From Tubiluchus corallicola (lineage: Eukaryota > Animalia > Priapulida): a DNA stretch of 64,000 bases. The DNA lies in contig JAQGDQ010000406.1 in assembly GCA_030141605.1 (NCBI GenBank), positions 145,164 to 209,163 of the forward strand. Direction: 5' to 3'. Below are positions 1 through 14,849 of this stretch, in pieces (the stretch's first letter is position 1; every line of letters starts with the position of its first letter). The translations under genes were made by a program, and so were the position numbers. The notes beneath the pieces were generated by a model that had not been told where the DNA came from, did not search any database, and saw only the letters and a list, made by a program, of their open reading frames with translations.

Positions 1-470
1 ATACAACTGTTTAAAAAGCATGTCCAAACGTTTCGACAGCAATCAGCTGTCATCATCAGTGGGACACTATACAAACAACAACCGGTTCATATGCGCTGAA
101 CCTACACTATGGGAAGATTTTATTATGCACCAAATATTACAAAGAAGCCAAAGTAATTACTAAACAGGCCTGTAAAAAGAAATAGATACAGCAACTGACA
201 GCTAAATGTTTGAAAATAAAGCTAATGGAATTGAACTACTTTACCCGTTAAGAGAAATGCTGAAACTATTAAAATTGGCTTTGTGGCTAAATATGGTCAT
301 TAATGCTGGATTGAACGGAATTTTTTAATTTCTTGCCAGTTCTAGACGAAATATCCAAATGTTCACAAATTCTTACTTTACAGTGTCCGAACGTTTTGCC
401 ATAGTAAGTAGCTTTGCAACTCCTACATCCATAAATAACACCAGACTTTAAGAATGTGGGTATTTCAAAA
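1..470 (-). mobile_element. Penelope-like retroelement remnant (GIY-YIG endonuclease C-terminus plus pLTR)
   Basis: Minus-strand translation of about 460 to 290 gives LKSGVIYGCRSCKATYYGKTFGHCKVRICEHLDISSRTGKKLKNSVQSSINDHI. This matches the Penelope GIY-YIG pattern (GVVY..C..C...YYG.T.RH...R..EH). Stops and frameshifts follow. Confidence 0.8.
20..67 (-). ncRNA. Minimal type I hammerhead ribozyme (Penelope-associated)
   Basis: The minus strand reads TGTCCCA-CTGATGA-T-GACAGC(TGATT)GCTGTC-GAAAC-GTT-TGGACA. This gives the core CUGAUGA and GAAA boxes, a perfect 6-bp stem II, a palindromic very short stem III (ACGT) and stem I TGTCC(C)A/TGGACA. It lies just downstream of a Penelope GIY-YIG remnant on the same strand. 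Confidence 0.75.
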
Positions 471-949
471 TACTTGTATGTAAACTTGCATATATAATAA
501 AATAACTTCTTGTATATAAACTAAAACAACGACTTAGTACATACCTGTACTTCCATTCAGGTGGAAAACTGCAGTTAGAACAAAAAACAAACACAAGCAA
601 GAATTCATTTACTCTCTCATGCAAAATAATGCAGGTAAGTATAAGCAAGTTCAACTTCCGCGAGACAATTAAGACCTATATGTGTCTAGAAATGTTACGA
701 ATGAGCCGTGGCCTACGTAAGGTCAAAGAGTCATTCTTTTCCGGTTCGTGCTGTATTTAGATACAGTAAACAAGTGTCCTATTTCTTAGCCTATAAGCGG
801 GGTCATGAAAAACTCTGCTAGTGTAAAATGTAGTTGTTGAAAAACACGACTAAAGTGCGAGTTATAAAAAGCGCTATAATAGGGAAGCACATTAGTACAT
901 CTAAAAGGAAGAAAATAATGCTACTAACACTCCATTGTGTCTATGTACC

Positions 950-1037
950 ACAGTAGCTGTGCTAGCAGCAGCAGCAGCAGCAACAGTAGTAGTAGTAGTA
1001 GTAGTAGTAATAGTATTATTATTATTATTATTATTAT

Positions 1038-1109
<72 letters not shown>

Positions 1110-1378
1110 CGGTAGTGGCATTGGCACTGGCAGTAGCAGCAGCAGCGGCAGCAGCAGCAGTAGCAGTAGTAGCAGCAGCAGTAGCAGCAGTAATAGCAGC
1201 AGCAGTAGCAGCAGCAACAGCGGCAGCAGCAGAAACAGAAACAGAAGCAGCAGCAGCAGTAGCAGCAGTAATAGCAGCAGCAGCAGCAGTAGCAGTAGCA
1301 GCAGCAGCAGAAGCAGTAGCAGAAGCAGTAGCAGCAGTAGCAGCAGCAGCAACAACAGTAGCAGCAGCAGCAGCAGTA
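950..1378. repeat. Compound trinucleotide microsatellite (AGC/AGT/ATT)
   Basis: Direct inspection. It accounts for the poly-Ala/Ser/Leu/Val ORFs. Confidence 0.95.
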
Positions 1379-1891
1379 TGTTTATGTGCGCTCTCTACTA
1401 TTTTTTGCATAACTGTCATTTTAAATTCACTTTGAATATGCCATCTGAAGCCTTCCCTGTCACTAGACTTAAACGCTTGAAGCGTACAGAGAAATGAACA
1501 GCGCATGCTCACAAACCACGCTGAATTCTCTTACAGGAAGATTTATTAGGACAGGATGTGTTGACCAATGCGTCTATTGTACACTATGCATAAATACTAT
1601 GTTGTTGTGTGCATTTTTCATTAGATTTATACTATGTTGTTGTGTGCATTTTTCATTAGATATTATCATTTAAATTGGATTATTTAATACATTCGTATTC
1701 GATCAGAAAAAATACGTTCTGAGCTAAAGGGTGGTAGGAATGTTTCAGCAAATGGGATCAAATTAGGAGCCAAATTAATTTTTGACCTACTTCGTTTTGC
1801 TGTTCGTTTTTCTGAAATTTCATATAAGGAAACCTTTGCTTGCTTTTACTTGAAATTTTGAATTTCGAAGAAGAAACAGAATAGATAGATA

Positions 1892-2309
1892 ATGACGTTA
1901 GAGAAAGCGGTTGAAATGTCTGCAGATACGAAATCAACGGAGTGTCGCCGGAAATGTGTGGCCTTCTTGTTCTCCCACTTTGGTTTGTGCGCTCTGGTCA
2001 TCGGCTACTGCGTGATGGGGGCAGCCACGTTTCAAGCCCTGGAGGGTCAGCACGAACTGACCAGACGTGTGGAAGTGATGAGACTTCGAGACGACACCGT
2101 GCAGAGATTGTGGAACATGACCTTGCAATTCAACGTCCTCTTCCGACAGAATTGGACCGTAGAAGCCAGAGAACATCTCAGAGATTTCCAGCAGGATGTT
2201 GTCAGCAAAGTGAAGGAGGGCTATGATGGGAAGGATGAGGAAGACGCTGCTAACCAGTGGTCATTCTCGGGGGCTTTTCTCTATTCACTAACTGTCATAA
2301 CTACAATTG
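1892..2309 (+). CDS. Two-pore-domain (K2P, TWIK-family) potassium channel, exon 1 (M1, cap, P1 up to TTIG)
   Basis: Contains LFSHFGLCALVIGYCVMGAATFQALE and QWSFSGAFLYSLTVITTIG. Phase-1 donor G|GTAGGT at 2310. An additional upstream exon cannot be excluded. Confidence 0.93.
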
Positions 2310-2827
2310 GTAGGTAGACCGATGGGTATTATAGAATAGTCTGTTCAATTATTATTATTGTTGTTGTTGTTGTTATCATTATTGTTATTATTACTATTTC
2401 TATTACTATTATTATCTGTATCACTAATTTCGGTTGTTTCTACAATACATTATATATATATATGTATAAAAGATTCGAGGCTACAGCTTTCTGGACGGCA
2501 CCATTTTCGGCGATCTAGATATTAGATATCAAACAAAGGCCTCGATCCAGTCCTTTACCGCTGGGGGTTTGTTTTTCGAATTGGGCCCACTGGGAGTAAT
2601 GGGGGGGGGGCGAAAAACCTCACCTTTTGCCCATTTTTTTTTGCAAAACTTATACCTCTTATTTCTAGACATTGGGAAAGGGCCGGGGGCGGTGCTGGTA
2701 ATGGCTAGATAGTAGGTAATGGTAATGGTGTAGTAGGCATATTTAGATTTCGCTGGGAAGCCACGGTTCTTGTAAGAAATTGCCTCAGAAAGATTTTTAA
2801 CAGAAAAATTACAGTTACTATTTAGTT

Positions 2828-3302
<475 letters not shown>

Positions 3303-4066
3303 TACAATTTCTTCTATATAAATACAGTGCCAACATTTCATCCATTTCTGAAAGTAGCGCGTAAGTTACGTAAAAAATCGTTTTATATTTAAACAACGCG
3401 CGGAAAAAGCGAGCGGAACAGCGCCCTGTGTGTGAACTGAGCTTAATAACAGCCTAAATCTAATGCCGTCTCAGTGCCGCCAGTGCTTTGCAACTGTCTC
3501 TCGTAATACAAGCTAATTGTGTTTATTCCAGATTAAATCAACATTGGCTAGATGAATAGATGGGCTGGCGGAGATGAACTGTGTATTAATATGTCAGGAT
3601 AAGTGGTAAATTTGTTCTAGATGATGTTCTGCTTTAAGCCATGAATGAATCTGCGTGCAATGAAATCAGACTGTTATTATAGAAGCCGCGCTGGGGGTTT
3701 GTTAATAATGGACAAATGTGATTAATGGCGGAGATTAGAGACTATAAGAGTGCAGTAGTTATGCTTTTGAATATTCGTATAATAAAAAACATTAAAGCCT
3801 CCTAAAAGTCAAACCTTCTAAGAGGATTCTCTTATTTTCTTTCTTTTAGTTCTTTTTATTTTATGTATTACTAATTATTTCTTTGTATTTTATTTTATTT
3901 AAAGAGTGAGAGAAAGGGAGCGGCACAGAGAGAAAGAAAGAGAGAGAAAGATATACAGGAGGTTACTTTTATTTCGTTTTTTTATTTCTTATTTTATTTC
4001 TATTTATTATACATATTATATATTATATATTTCTTTACATTTTATTTTAATTAAACAGAGAAAGAA

Positions 4067-4106
<40 letters not shown>

Positions 4107-4264
4107 AGAGAGATATAGATAGCGAGAAAGAGAAAGAAAAAGAGAGGTTTCTAGAAGGTTACCCTGATTTGCTATGTTTTATTTTGTGGACCACTTCGGA
4201 AATAACTAATAGTTTTGTAAACGTTGGTTAAAGTGTTACTTACGTTAAAATAGAGAATTAATAA

Positions 4265-4675
4265 TAATCATTATTTCGATGTTCGCGAAAAATGCTAGAA
4301 GGATTTAGTAATAAAACTGCAATAAGCGCCTCGTGTAACTAGTAAAATCATTTTAAAGTCGCGATCACTTCATACTTGAGTGCTCCTATTTTCAACGTCC
4401 ATTCTTCTTCCAATGACGTCATTCGTCTTGAAGAAATGTCGCGCACAATCATTCTTCATCAAAAGTATAATAAGTTTTTACAAAAAATAGATAGCTAATT
4501 TTGTAATATTTTTTCGCGAACATTAGGTAAGCTGCAGAAATTTGAATTAATTTCAGCAGTGCGCGGTTACGGGAAGCCACGATGGGCTTACGAAAAATCA
4601 CGAAGCCTCCCAATTACGTCACAATTTTCGAACGCATTGTGGCAGCCACCAACCCTGCAAATTTCTATTCAGATG
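4265..4675. mobile_element. Dispersed non-autonomous DNA element family C
   Basis: Reverse-complement related copies lie at about 16925-17384, 26170-26707 and 28370-28839, sharing AATGACGTCATTGG...ACGAG...CGCGAACATTGA...TTTCCTT. Two of these end in CCTTTAA, suggesting a TTAA-flanked Kolobok-like element. Confidence 0.65.
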
Positions 4676-5199
4676 TAGTATTATTTAAATTTGTACTTTA
4701 TACACTTTGTACTTTGTAATTTTTGTTAGATTTTTCTAAGTTTAAATGGTAACAGTAAAATGGACACAGTATACTGAGTGACTTGTTCTTTGCTTGAAGT
4801 TTGAGACCACTATTTATTTATTTAGTTAATTGTTTATTTATTTATTTATTTTAACATTTAAATTTCTGTTTATTTGGCATATAAACAGATAATAATGAAG
4901 ACAAAATGAAAAGAAATCGAAGTAGAATTCATTCACTGCTCGGAAGTGGTCCTGACAAGTGTTTAGTTTTTTCTGGCTTGCCTATATTCCGTGACACTGC
5001 TGAATGGGCCTTTGGTTCTAGCGAGCGACCAGATTTTTGCGTCTAAATCGCTGATGGCTCGCCTTTGAGCCCCGAAGTGTGACTGAACAAGCTTCCGGAA
5101 ACAGGTTTTAATAAATAATAAATAAAATAATAATAAATAAATAAATAATAAGCGCATTATTTCCCAAACGTAAAAATAAGTACAATTAACAAATCATAG

Positions 5200-6060
<861 letters not shown>

Positions 6061-6379
6061 CTCATGTCAACAGGTTTCACCTGTTCCCCAGATTCAAGGC
6101 CTTTGGCATCACGCTTGTTTACGTAAATTGTATTCTGGTTTAAAAGCGGTGTCGAGAAATGCGCCATAATGGTTGTGACTGTTGTTAGAATAGTAATTCC
6201 TGTTTGCACACACCAAATCACAACAGCGCAAATTAAATATTATCAATATATCAGTCATGGACTAATAAAAGATTTAATTATTTGTGAAATCATAATTAAA
6301 ATCACGATACCAACTCAAATCGAAATTAATGAAAGGTCAGGATTGTAAGATTTCTCCATATTACCCAACTACCACATCT

Positions 6380-7130
6380 CATTTAAGGTTTTCGTTGCAT
6401 AAGAAACATTTTTCATTTGGTAAACCTCCAATATCAGTGCATCATACGCGCATGAGAATCGGATTTTTTCAGCTAAACTATGACCTTTTCTCTAAAGGCT
6501 GTAAAGATAATAACGTAATCCGATATGGTCATCCAGTATTGATGAATTGTAACTGTGGATTTCGATTTGAGTCTGTTGAACACTTTTTGTTGCACTGCCC
6601 ATTGTATCAACTAGCTAAGGTTATTATGTTTGATAAATTAAATGAAATACTTCTGCCCGAAAACCTTAATATAGCTGCCTTAGGAACTAATGATCTGTTG
6701 AAGTTGTTATTATTCGGAAAAGATGAATCTAACTATGTTGCTAACTGTAAAATATTCCAATGTATACATGACTTTATATTACGTACTAAACGCTTCCAGT
6801 AGTTTCCATCTGATTTGAAATGCATCGGTCTTAAATAATCGTACATTAATATTTTCTAACCGTCATTTTCTACTAATGTCTAATGTAATCTTGTAGTAAA
6901 ACTTGTCAGCTTGTGTAGTTATAGTCCATGTCACGTAAAATTTAATGTACTTTTGTAATATTGTTTTGTAAAAATATTTTAATATGGTGTTTGTAAATAT
7001 GTTCATTTATTGTATATAATTAGGCCTTAGTTTTGCACTTTTGTTTTTTTAGTATGCACTGGACGCATTTGTCTCGAACAGTTACTCTATTTTATTATAA
7101 TAAGTGAACCATTTTAATGACAAATAAAAA
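6380..7130 (+). mobile_element. 3' end of a CR1-group LINE (C-terminal CCHC region plus 3' UTR)
   Basis: HHTRMRIGFFQLNYDLF...CNCGFRFESVEHFLLHCPLY...FILRTKRF, followed by an AT-rich UTR ending in AATAAA and an A-run near 7123-7132. Confidence 0.75.
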
Positions 7131-7304
7131 AATTTATGTATATATATATATATATATATATATTCTTACTGTAAATGTTTTTGTAAATAGTGTATAAAAT
7201 CTGTTGTAGTGAAGATCCTAAATCATGTTGTTCAAACTGTCTGATCCAATCCTATAATAAATTATGTTTAAACTAACAATTTGACTAATGGCTAATTAAT
7301 TGAA

Positions 7305-7351
7305 GAACGCACACACATGCACGCACGCACATACACGTGCTTGCGTGTCTT

Positions 7352-7399
<48 letters not shown>

Positions 7400-7495
7400 A
7401 CATGCACGCATGCACACACATATACACGCATACACACACGCACACACACATGCACACACAAACACACACACACACACGTATGCACACACACATAT

Positions 7496-7555
<60 letters not shown>

Positions 7556-7784
7556 ATGCACACACACACATGCACGCATGCACACACATATACACGCACA
7601 CACACACACGTACGCACACACACATGCACACGCACACACACATGCATGCACAAGCACACACACACGTACGCACACACGTACGCACACACATATATGCACA
7701 CGCACACACGTACGCACACACGTACACACACACACACATGCACGCATGCACACACATATACACACACACACATGCACGCACAAG

Positions 7785-7826
<42 letters not shown>

Positions 7827-7876
7827 TACGTACGCACACACACACACACACACACACGTGCACATACGTACACACA
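7305..7876. repeat. Degenerate (CA)n/(CACG)n microsatellite
   Basis: Direct inspection. Confidence 0.95.
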
Positions 7877-8323
7877 GGCAGTAAAATGAATAAAAATTAA
7901 AGAGACAATCGACTTCTAAACACAGAAGAACAAAGGTAATTAAAACGACCAAATCAAAATGATTTATTATTACAAATCGTTATATCTGGCTACATGTACA
8001 TTCGACTCTGATACTGTTCTAAGTAAGAATTTTTTAGTTAGCATCTAAAAGCAAATTATTCATGACTTGGTCTGTCTATATATAATAGTGCTGCTTGATC
8101 TGCAAAAGTTTGGTTAACGCCATGCTCAGTGGTCAAGTTAAGTGTATTGAAGAAATAATGAACCAAAATGCCGCTAGATGGCCCACCTACGTCTTCTTTT
8201 AGTTGCTACTCCTTCATCTGTAATGTAAATGTTGCCGTCTTCAGCTGCAAAACCAAGAATTTACTTTACGTGAGATGCACTGAGGTTTATATTTCTTCTG
8301 GGTTATGAGAATGCTGAGCTGTT

Positions 8324-9432
8324 CTGAGGATGCTGAGTTTGTGGTCACCAAGGCAGAGGACGCTGAGTTTGTGGGCACCAAGGCAGAGGATGATGAGTTC
8401 GTGGACACCAAGGCAGAGGATGCTGAGTTTGTGAGCACCAAGGCAGAGGATGCTGAGTTAGTGGGCAAGGAGGCAGAGGACGCTGAGTTAGTGGACACCA
8501 AGGCAGAGGATGCTGATTTAGTGGACAACAAGGCAGAAGATGCTGGACTTGTGGGCACCAAGGCAGAGGATGCTGAACTTGTGGACACCAAGGCAGAAGA
8601 TGCTGAGTTTGTGGACACCAAGGCAGAGGATGCTGATTTAGTAGACACCAAGGCAGAAGATGCTGAACTCGTGGGCACCAAAGCAGAGGATGTTGAACTT
8701 TTGGGCACCAGATGCAGAGTTAGTGGGCATGGAGGCAGAGGATGCTGAGTTAGTGGGCACCAAGGCAGAGGATGCTGAGTTAGTGGGCATGGAGGCAGAG
8801 GATGCTGAGTTAGTGGGCACCAAGGCAGAGGATGCTGAGCTAGAGGGCACCAAGGCAGAGGATGCTGACTTTGTGGACACCGAGGCAGAGGATGCTGAGT
8901 TAGTGGGCAACAAGGCAGAGGATGCTGAGTTTGTGGACACCAAGGCAGAGTCTACTGAGTTTGTGAGCACCAAGGCAGAGGGTGCTGAGTGAGTGGGCAA
9001 GGAGGCAGAGGATGCTGAGTTAGTGGGCAACAAGGCAGAGGATGCTGAGTTTGTAGACACCAAAGCAGAGGATGCAGAGTTTGTGGACACCAAGGCAGAG
9101 GGTGCTGAGTTAGTGGGCAAGGAGGCAGAGGACGCTGAGTTAGTGGACACCAAGGCATAGGATGCTGATTTAGTGGACAACAAGGTAGAAGATGCTGAAC
9201 TTGTGGGCACCAAGGCAGAGGATGCTGAACGTGTGGACTCCAAGGCAGAAGATGCTGAGTTTGTGGACACCGAGGCAGAGGATGCTGAGTTAGAGGGCAC
9301 CAAGGCAGGGGATGCTGAGTTTGTGGACACCGAGGCAGAGGATGCTGAGTTAGTGGGCACCAAGGCAGATAATGCTGAGTTAGTTTGTGGCACCAAGGCA
9401 GAAGATGCTGAACTTGCGGGCACCGAGGCAAC
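8324..9432. repeat. 30-bp GC-rich minisatellite (about 36 copies), intronic
   Basis: Unit CACCAAGGCAGAGGATGCTGAGTTWGTGGR. Degenerate copies lie at about 9820-10010. Stops and frameshifts break the AEDAELVGTK reading. Confidence 0.93.
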
Positions 9433-10478
9433 CAGTGCTAAAACACAACAGGCAACATGGGTCTAAGCAAACAGGCAAACACCCAAACAAATTAGCAGTA
9501 TGTTTTTAACAATGGCAACATTTCTGCTGTGTGGACATACTTTCAGATAAACGGAATTATAATAAGTTGTGCTTACCTACTCTGTACTTTAATATCTGTG
9601 TGCGGCCGTCTGGCAGGAGAATTGTGTATGATCCACCGAAACCTTAATTATACAAAACATATAATTATTACAGCTGTAATTTGCTTTAACCGATTATTTG
9701 TTGGCATTAATATATAAAGGCTGCATAATTTACGTTTAGCCTTATTCGTTCCAATGTGATTTTGCCTGATCATTAGATGCTGTACCTAAAATTACCCACC
9801 TTCTACTACCCTTCTTTTAAACACCAAAGCAGAGAGTGCAAAGCAGTGGGTGCTGAATTTGTGAGCACCGAAGCAATGGATGCTGAGTTTGTGGGCGCCA
9901 AGGCAATGTTTGCAGAGTTTGTGGGCACTGAGGCAGTGAGTGGGTGCTGAGTTTGTGAGCACCAAGGCAGTGGGTGCTAGGTTTGCGGACAATGACTGTG
10001 TGGGTGCTGAGAGATTAGTGAGCCATAACAGACAGTAATAAAGTCAAATTTGTCAGCCATCTTGGCTAGCGTGAATTAACAGAACAATCGTTTTGACTGC
10101 ATTTAACGTTATTAGTGTTAACAGATGTGGAGACTTTTGTTTCGAAAAATCAAAGCACTTCAGGTATTACATTCTAATTTAATTAAGTTTTTTAATTCTA
10201 TTACACTTTTGAAGTGATATGTTTCTCCTCTACACGAAAGGCAAAGTGAACGACTGAGTGGTCATGTGCTTAGCCAGTCACAGCTGTGTTGACCTAAACT
10301 TGGAGTGCATAATCACAGCGCGTACTTAACTACCAAATCGTTAAGGTGATCATCGGGTTCAATACTCGAGCTTGAAGTTTTATTTGCCTAAAAGAATGAG
10401 ATGTCATCAGCGTACATCAAGTGATTAATGCAGGCTTCAGCAATATGACAACCCACACCAGACTTTTATTTGCTTTAG

Positions 10479-10772
<294 letters not shown>

Positions 10773-11553
10773 AGGTGAGAGAGACCTCAGAATTTTCAAT
10801 TCAATGTTTTTAAAATACCGATTTTTTTCTGATATCTGCAATTAGACCTTTGCTATGATCACAATAAAGCATTTAGCAGAGCATAAGTGAAAATGTATAA
10901 AACTTGAAAAATCCACTTACCATTTACCACATCCACACAGTTGTTTAACAGCGTGGCGACAAGCAAACAAACAATCAACGTCTTACTGTTCATTTTTGTT
11001 CTTATAGAGAGATCGTCACACAACATCTGAAAATTATGTGTTTGATCCACCTGCTGATTGGCCCTTAAATACTAGTAGAAACCAGCATATAATATAATAA
11101 TATACCAGCATAATAATAATCCTATGAGCTCTTTAAAAGCTTATTGAACCATCCAGGTGGCTTCCAGATCCTGTCAATGCAACTAGAACATTTGGGATAG
11201 ATCTGATGGTACTTTTAACTTCATTAAGTCTTAAAGTGCATCTACAGCATTCGGGACAGATCTGATGGTACTTTAACTCCATTAACCTCAGAACCAAAAA
11301 AAATCGTCCCTTATAATCGAAGTTGAGTCAGACCGAGGGTGTAACTAGACCTGTACTTTTCTGTACTTTTACACATATTTTTATGGATTATTGTTACACA
11401 TTCAGTGCAAACGGTATGTAGGAAGCTCCTTCAGTGATGCGAGATGTATGTGACCGCGGAAACCGAGCTGTTCAAAGACCGAGTTTGCGAAAAAAAAATT
11501 GAGGTTAAAAGTTGATCAATTTCGCTTTGATCATACGGTCGCTTATATGCGAG

Positions 11554-11985
11554 GTTGCTTAACTTCAGGTAGGCGTGACTACTCGGCTATATACACTGCC
11601 ATGAATTACAGCTACTGCAAAAATTTAAACAATACATTCAAAAATCCACGTTAATGTTGCTTAACTTCAGGTAGGCGTGACTACTCGGCTATTAACACTG
11701 CCATGAATTACAGCTACTGCAAAAATTTAAACAATACATTCAAAAATCCACGTTAATGTTGCTTAACTTCAGGTAGGCGTGACTACTCGGCTATTAACAC
11801 TGCCATTAATTACAGCTACTGCAAAAATTTAAACAATACATTCAAAAATCCAAGTTAATGTTCCTTAACTTCAGGTAGGCGTGACTACTCAGCTATTCAC
11901 ACTGCCATGAATTACAGCTACTGCAAAAATGTAAACAATACACTTAAAAAGCCACGTTAATGTTGCTTAACTTCAGGTAGGCGTA
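11554..11985. repeat. 102-bp tandem repeat, about 4.3 copies
   Basis: GTTGCTTAACTTCAGGTAGGCGT (one copy with a mismatch) starts at 11554, 11656, 11758, 11860 and 11962. Confidence 0.92.
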
Positions 11986-12364
11986 ATGAATAACTTTAAA
12001 GGCAAGGGAATCAATAGCGTCATTGCCTCATTAACTAAGTAATTATATAAATGCGTATGTTAGTACAAGAGTGTAGGCAGGAAGTAGATCCTTGGGAAAA
12101 TGTGTAGGCGGGAAGTAGATCGTTGGGAAAACCTATCTGCCGCGTGCAATGTTTGGAACAGGTTTTTTTCCATGCAATTACAAGTTCTAGCATGTTTAAG
12201 AGAGTACTTGGGTAGTTTGAAACTGTGCACAGATATATAGAGAAATTAGTACTAACATTTATGATTAGTAAAAACATTCAGGAATTATCAGTGAAATATA
12301 CAGTAAATTGTCCCACTAGAGGTCCTTCGCGTCTCTACCGAATGGTTCTTGCCGCCATAGTTAA

Positions 12365-12934
12365 AGGAAAACCCGGATGATTGTTTAGACTCAATCTCGT
12401 GTTAATCAACTGTCCGAAATATACATTTTCTGGCCTATAAAAGTTAGCAATTGTTTCTCATATTTGAATAATTAGCTTAGAAAGTTGATTAACGGCAGCC
12501 GAACACCGCTATTGCTTACGTCAGAAATTTATCACAGAAACTTACGTCAGAAACTAACCACAGTTTGTGCAATGGCAGGCATCTTCTCTTGCGCCTCATG
12601 CACGCCCAGCGTAAATGTTACTACTTAAACGCGTGATGTGACAAAAATGGGCTCTACGTCATATCACGTCAGAAACTAACACTGCAGTTCATGATCATGG
12701 TTATCAAGGTACCGCCTTCTATTTGTCGACCACGTGAATGTGACAAAAAAGCGCCGTTGCCAATCTTAGTAGATTCACTGAGCTGGGAGTAGCTTTGAAG
12801 GTTTACCGAAATTTGAGTATCCGAGGTAATTATTATTTAATCAAAGCTTTAATTTAAAAAAGTTGTTTTAGTTTTCAACATTTTAGAGCATTCTTTGTTC
12901 TGAACTCGTGTTTACACAATCATCCGGTTTTCCT
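12365..12934. mobile_element. TTAA-flanked MITE family A (Kolobok-like), copy 1
   Basis: TTAA|AGGAAAACCCGGATGATTGT ... ACAATCATCCGGTTTTCCT|TTAA. TTAA target duplication with purine-purine termini is the Kolobok signature. Confidence 0.85.
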
Positions 12935-12938
12935 TTAA

Positions 12939-13565
12939 AGGAAGACAAAGTGATTTTTCATAAACTACCCCACCTTTAAGTATGATAAAAATTTACGTTT
13001 TAACACAAGTAATTACAATTAATACTGCAAAAGCGTTTCCGCTAATTAAATAATAGATTAAAAACTTAAATAACGGTGGGCGAGCCCAACTGTTGATGAC
13101 ATCACAAACTAGCGTAGTTTTCAACAGCAATAATATTCCACGAGCGTGTTGCACGTCTTTGCGAAAGAGAAAATTGAAGTACAGTGTAAGATATCCAGAG
13201 TGCTGTACAAAAACTAGGCAAGTTTTAAGGCAAAATTTCAAATTTACTGCTTGAGCTGTGGAACGTGTGTAGTTCTTCACAAACTAACACATCTAAACTG
13301 CGAGTTACAGCACCTGTTTTTGTGCAACGCGTTTCCGAAATGCAGGCGCTAGTGCCTGTCTAACTAGCGAATGGCAAAATGCACGTAACAGCAAAGAACT
13401 AGTGGCGTGAACGTGAAATTATGTTTTTGTGGGAATAATCCTTTCACTTTTGAAAAAATAGTATGTTTCCTTTCAATATTTTAAAGAGTAGATTGTTTTG
13501 AGCTACAGTTTAAGATTGGGTCCGGTTTTGCGTTAAAATAAAGGAAGAGAATGCTTGGTCTCCCC
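12939..13565. mobile_element. MITE family B abutting family A at a shared TTAA
   Basis: Begins TTAA|AGGAAGACAAAGTGATTTTTCA. An inverted partial copy lies at about 20079-20382 and ends CTGTCTTCAC|TTAA. Confidence 0.65.
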
Positions 13566-14209
13566 ATGCATCGTGGAAGTTCAGGATCATACAATTATTT
13601 ATCACAGCGTCAAGTGACATCTCTTATCAGCACTGGCTTTGTTGTGTGACAAAATGCATTGAAATCTCTCACAACAAGTGCACTTCGTCTCCTGGGTGAA
13701 GCTTTGCTGAAAAGTTTTTTTTCATGACCATTATTAGAAATCAATCATCATCATCATCATTCGAAATAAGAGAAGAGATGCAATTTTACTGGAATATATA
13801 GTGTGACTGATAAGTGTCGTGTCTTTGCACAGAATTGTCGAGCGTGTGTGGCGGAATATGAAATTTATATCGATTTTCTGAATCCAAATGGAATGTAATA
13901 AAATAATTTATTGTTTATCCCAACAGAAAACGTTTAGATAATATTTAGTATGATGTTTGGAGAATTTGGCATCATCTCGACATCAGGTCGAGAATGGAGA
14001 ATTTATTGTGGGACCTCAAGGTTCCCATTACGCCCCAATAATAAAGTGTAGTGGTACCTGTGTGTTACAACACATAGGCTTATGCATGTATTATAGTGTA
14101 CTAATTAAGTGTAGTTAATTACCTGTGTGTTAGGTTTATGCATGTATTATAGTGTACTAATTAAGTGTAGTTAATTACCTGTGTGTTACGTTTTTGCACG
14201 TATTATCTG

Positions 14210-14233
14210 TTTCTCTCTGTCTCTTTCTCTCTC

Positions 14234-14319
<86 letters not shown>

Positions 14320-14348
14320 CCTCTCTCTCTCTCTCTCTCTCTTCTCTG
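14210..14348. repeat. (CT)n microsatellite
   Basis: Direct inspection. Confidence 0.95.
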
Positions 14349-14849
14349 CCCTGGTCACCTTTCTCATACACCATGCTCTTACAGCGTTCATTCAGTCAAC
14401 GTGTTTCACAGACAGAGAAAGAATACCAGCGAAAGTGGTTATTATTGTTAAGTGGACGAACAAATCCTGATACAACCCTTAACTGACGAGACCAATGACT
14501 TTCAAAGTTTCTAAGCTCAATACATGAACATTTTTCTTCACTCTCTGAAGCAATTTGCGCAGATATTGACTTATTCTGACGAGTGATGATTACGGAAAGT
14601 ACATTTATTAAGCGTTCATGTGTGCGCTTCCCTTAAGTGTTCGACTAATAGAAACATTGTTACGGAATTCTCTTGCTACATTAAGATCTATAAAGCATTT
14701 AGTGGTGAGGATTGTCTGCTATCTGTTGAGAGAGATTCAGAAGCTAAAATTGTTTTGCTTTGGATTCGCGTAACATGTTACATTCGTGTGCTTGGCTTAG
14801 TTTAGATGTTTTAGTATTGTCTATTTCTTTCCTTTTTCTTTCTTTCTTA

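Noticed and set aside
901-1512. Poly-Ala/Thr/Ser/Leu ORFs on both strands
   Set aside because: They are translations of a trinucleotide microsatellite, with no splice or domain support.
7292-7952. Cys/Val- and His/Thr-rich ORFs in all six frames
   Set aside because: (CA)n-derived microsatellite artefacts.
8241-9466. AEDAELVGTK / ASSALVSTNS repeat ORFs as a real protein gene
   Set aside because: Broken by stops and indels, no convincing splice sites, and located inside the K2P intron. Kept only as a minisatellite.
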